IMG/VR virus record: IMGVR_UViG_3300037485_002668
Coordinates: 35,245-99,244 of that record
DNA from: a virus
Strand: one strand, 5' to 3'
Length of the DNA: 64,000 bases
Below, one piece after another: positions 63,259 to 64,000 of this stretch. The notes under the pieces were generated by a model. That model made no database searches. It saw only the letters and a list, made by a program, of their open reading frames with translations, and was not told where the DNA came from. The translations under genes were made by a program, and so were the position numbers. How positions within the stretch are numbered: position 1 is the first letter of the stretch; every line of letters begins with the position of its first letter.

Positions 63259-63483
63259 CTAATTTAAGCTGATTTCAAACGGATCAATCAGGATCAATCC
63301 GACAGGGCGCTGGCCATTCAGGGCGCCATCCATCGCGGCTTGTAATGACGTATACTGGCGTTCGTGCTGGAAAATATAGGCCGGGTCATTCAGGGAATAC
63401 GAGCCGTCGCCGTTGCGAAAAACGTCTAAATGAATTTTATGTTTTTTCAGATAGGCGCTGGCGCGCGGCAGCCGTTTTCTCAT
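63259..63483 (-). CDS. Hypothetical protein
   Basis: SD GAGG before ATG 63483. Confidence 0.5.
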   Translation of the reverse strand: MRKRLPRASAYLKKHKIHLDVFRNGDGSYSLNDPAYIFQHERQYTSLQAAMDGALNGQRPVGLILIDPFEISLN

Positions 63484-63922
63484 AGATTTCCTCAAGGAAC
63501 GGATACGCCAATCGCGGGTAAGGCAACGAGACGTCATAAAGCCATTGCGTTACTTCGATTAAATGACCCATATAATCCATGCCGCGGGCGGGGGTGTTGG
63601 CGCGGAGGTCTAATAATTCAAGTTCCCGTTGGGTCAGGCGTTGGCTATCCAGTAAAACCTGCGGCCATTTGGCGGGGTTGACGTGCAGGTAGAAATGGCA
63701 CCCGGAACAAAGACCGTAAACGTTTTGCGGATCCCAGCGGGTGGACATTTTTTTTCGGGAATGGTAATGCGCTGCCTGGTAGCTGTTGGGAACTTTACAG
63801 TCAGGCGTGAGGCGATATACCATACCGCAGCGGGAACAGGTCAAGTTATCCCGCAATCTAATGTACAGTGAAAACAGAGTGTCAATTTTTTCGATTAAAG
63901 CCCGGTGTGGGGCTTTAGACAT
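63437..63922 (-). CDS. ninG: NinG/Rap-like HNH-fold recombination endonuclease
   Basis: D.LFSLYIRLRD..C..CG...AAHY.SR....TRWD..N..GLC..C. Confidence 0.85.
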   Translation of the reverse strand: MSKAPHRALIEKIDTLFSLYIRLRDNLTCSRCGMVYRLTPDCKVPNSYQAAHYHSRKKMSTRWDPQNVYGLCSGCHFYLHVNPAKWPQVLLDSQRLTQRELELLDLRANTPARGMDYMGHLIEVTQWLYDVSLPYPRLAYPFLEEIYEKTAAARQRLSEKT

Positions 63923-63950
63923 GGGACTCCTTGGTTAAAAATTTGCGGCC

Positions 63951-64000
63951 TGTCCCGGTGCAGGACTCGAACCTACCCTATCAGGTAAATCGTTTACTTG
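63951..64000 (-). tRNA. 3' half of a tRNA or tRNA-like RNA, truncated by the window edge
   Basis: GTAGG-TTCGAGT-CCTGC T arm followed by ACCGGGAC; anticodon not visible. Confidence 0.5.

Noticed and set aside
1-64000. Autonomous IS element, integrase/att site or alternative genetic code
   Set aside because: No transposase, TnpB/IscB or integrase ORF recognised; genes are intact and tightly packed in the standard code.

Overview
A 64-kb fragment of a tailed dsDNA phage (siphovirus-like), encoded almost entirely on the minus strand. From right to left it carries recombination genes (NinG, YqaJ plus a partner), ParB, TerS, PBSX TerL, a ParB-methylase and portal. About 25 kb of cargo follows: glycosyltransferases, SAM methyltransferases, a deacetylase, radical SAM enzymes, an RNA ligase, DNA methylases, and an array-less type IV-B CRISPR-Cas module (csf1, csf2 with an apparent Cas11 insertion, csf3, cysH). 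Next come a gp7-like head protein, an inverted AT-rich plus-strand operon, protease/scaffold, major capsid, neck and tail genes, a frameshifted tail chaperone, an HNH, a 2734-aa tape measure and tail-tip genes. The most striking unexplained signal is a 37-bp element: an 8-bp covarying stem, a 5-nt loop, 4 variable nt and the box ATGATTGACAGC. I count 24 copies by eye, all co-oriented, almost all at gene junctions, and one lies on each side of the type IV-B module. Two copies directly precede apparent structured ncRNAs (a ~270-nt RNA with a possible kissing loop, and a tRNA-like RNA). A tandem pair marks a point where the tail hub gene appears split by an insertion. Also seen: a 144-bp inverted copy of a cargo-gene segment, a second repeat family, and a candidate plus-strand sRNA. 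All calls come from manual motif reading; no database searches were run.
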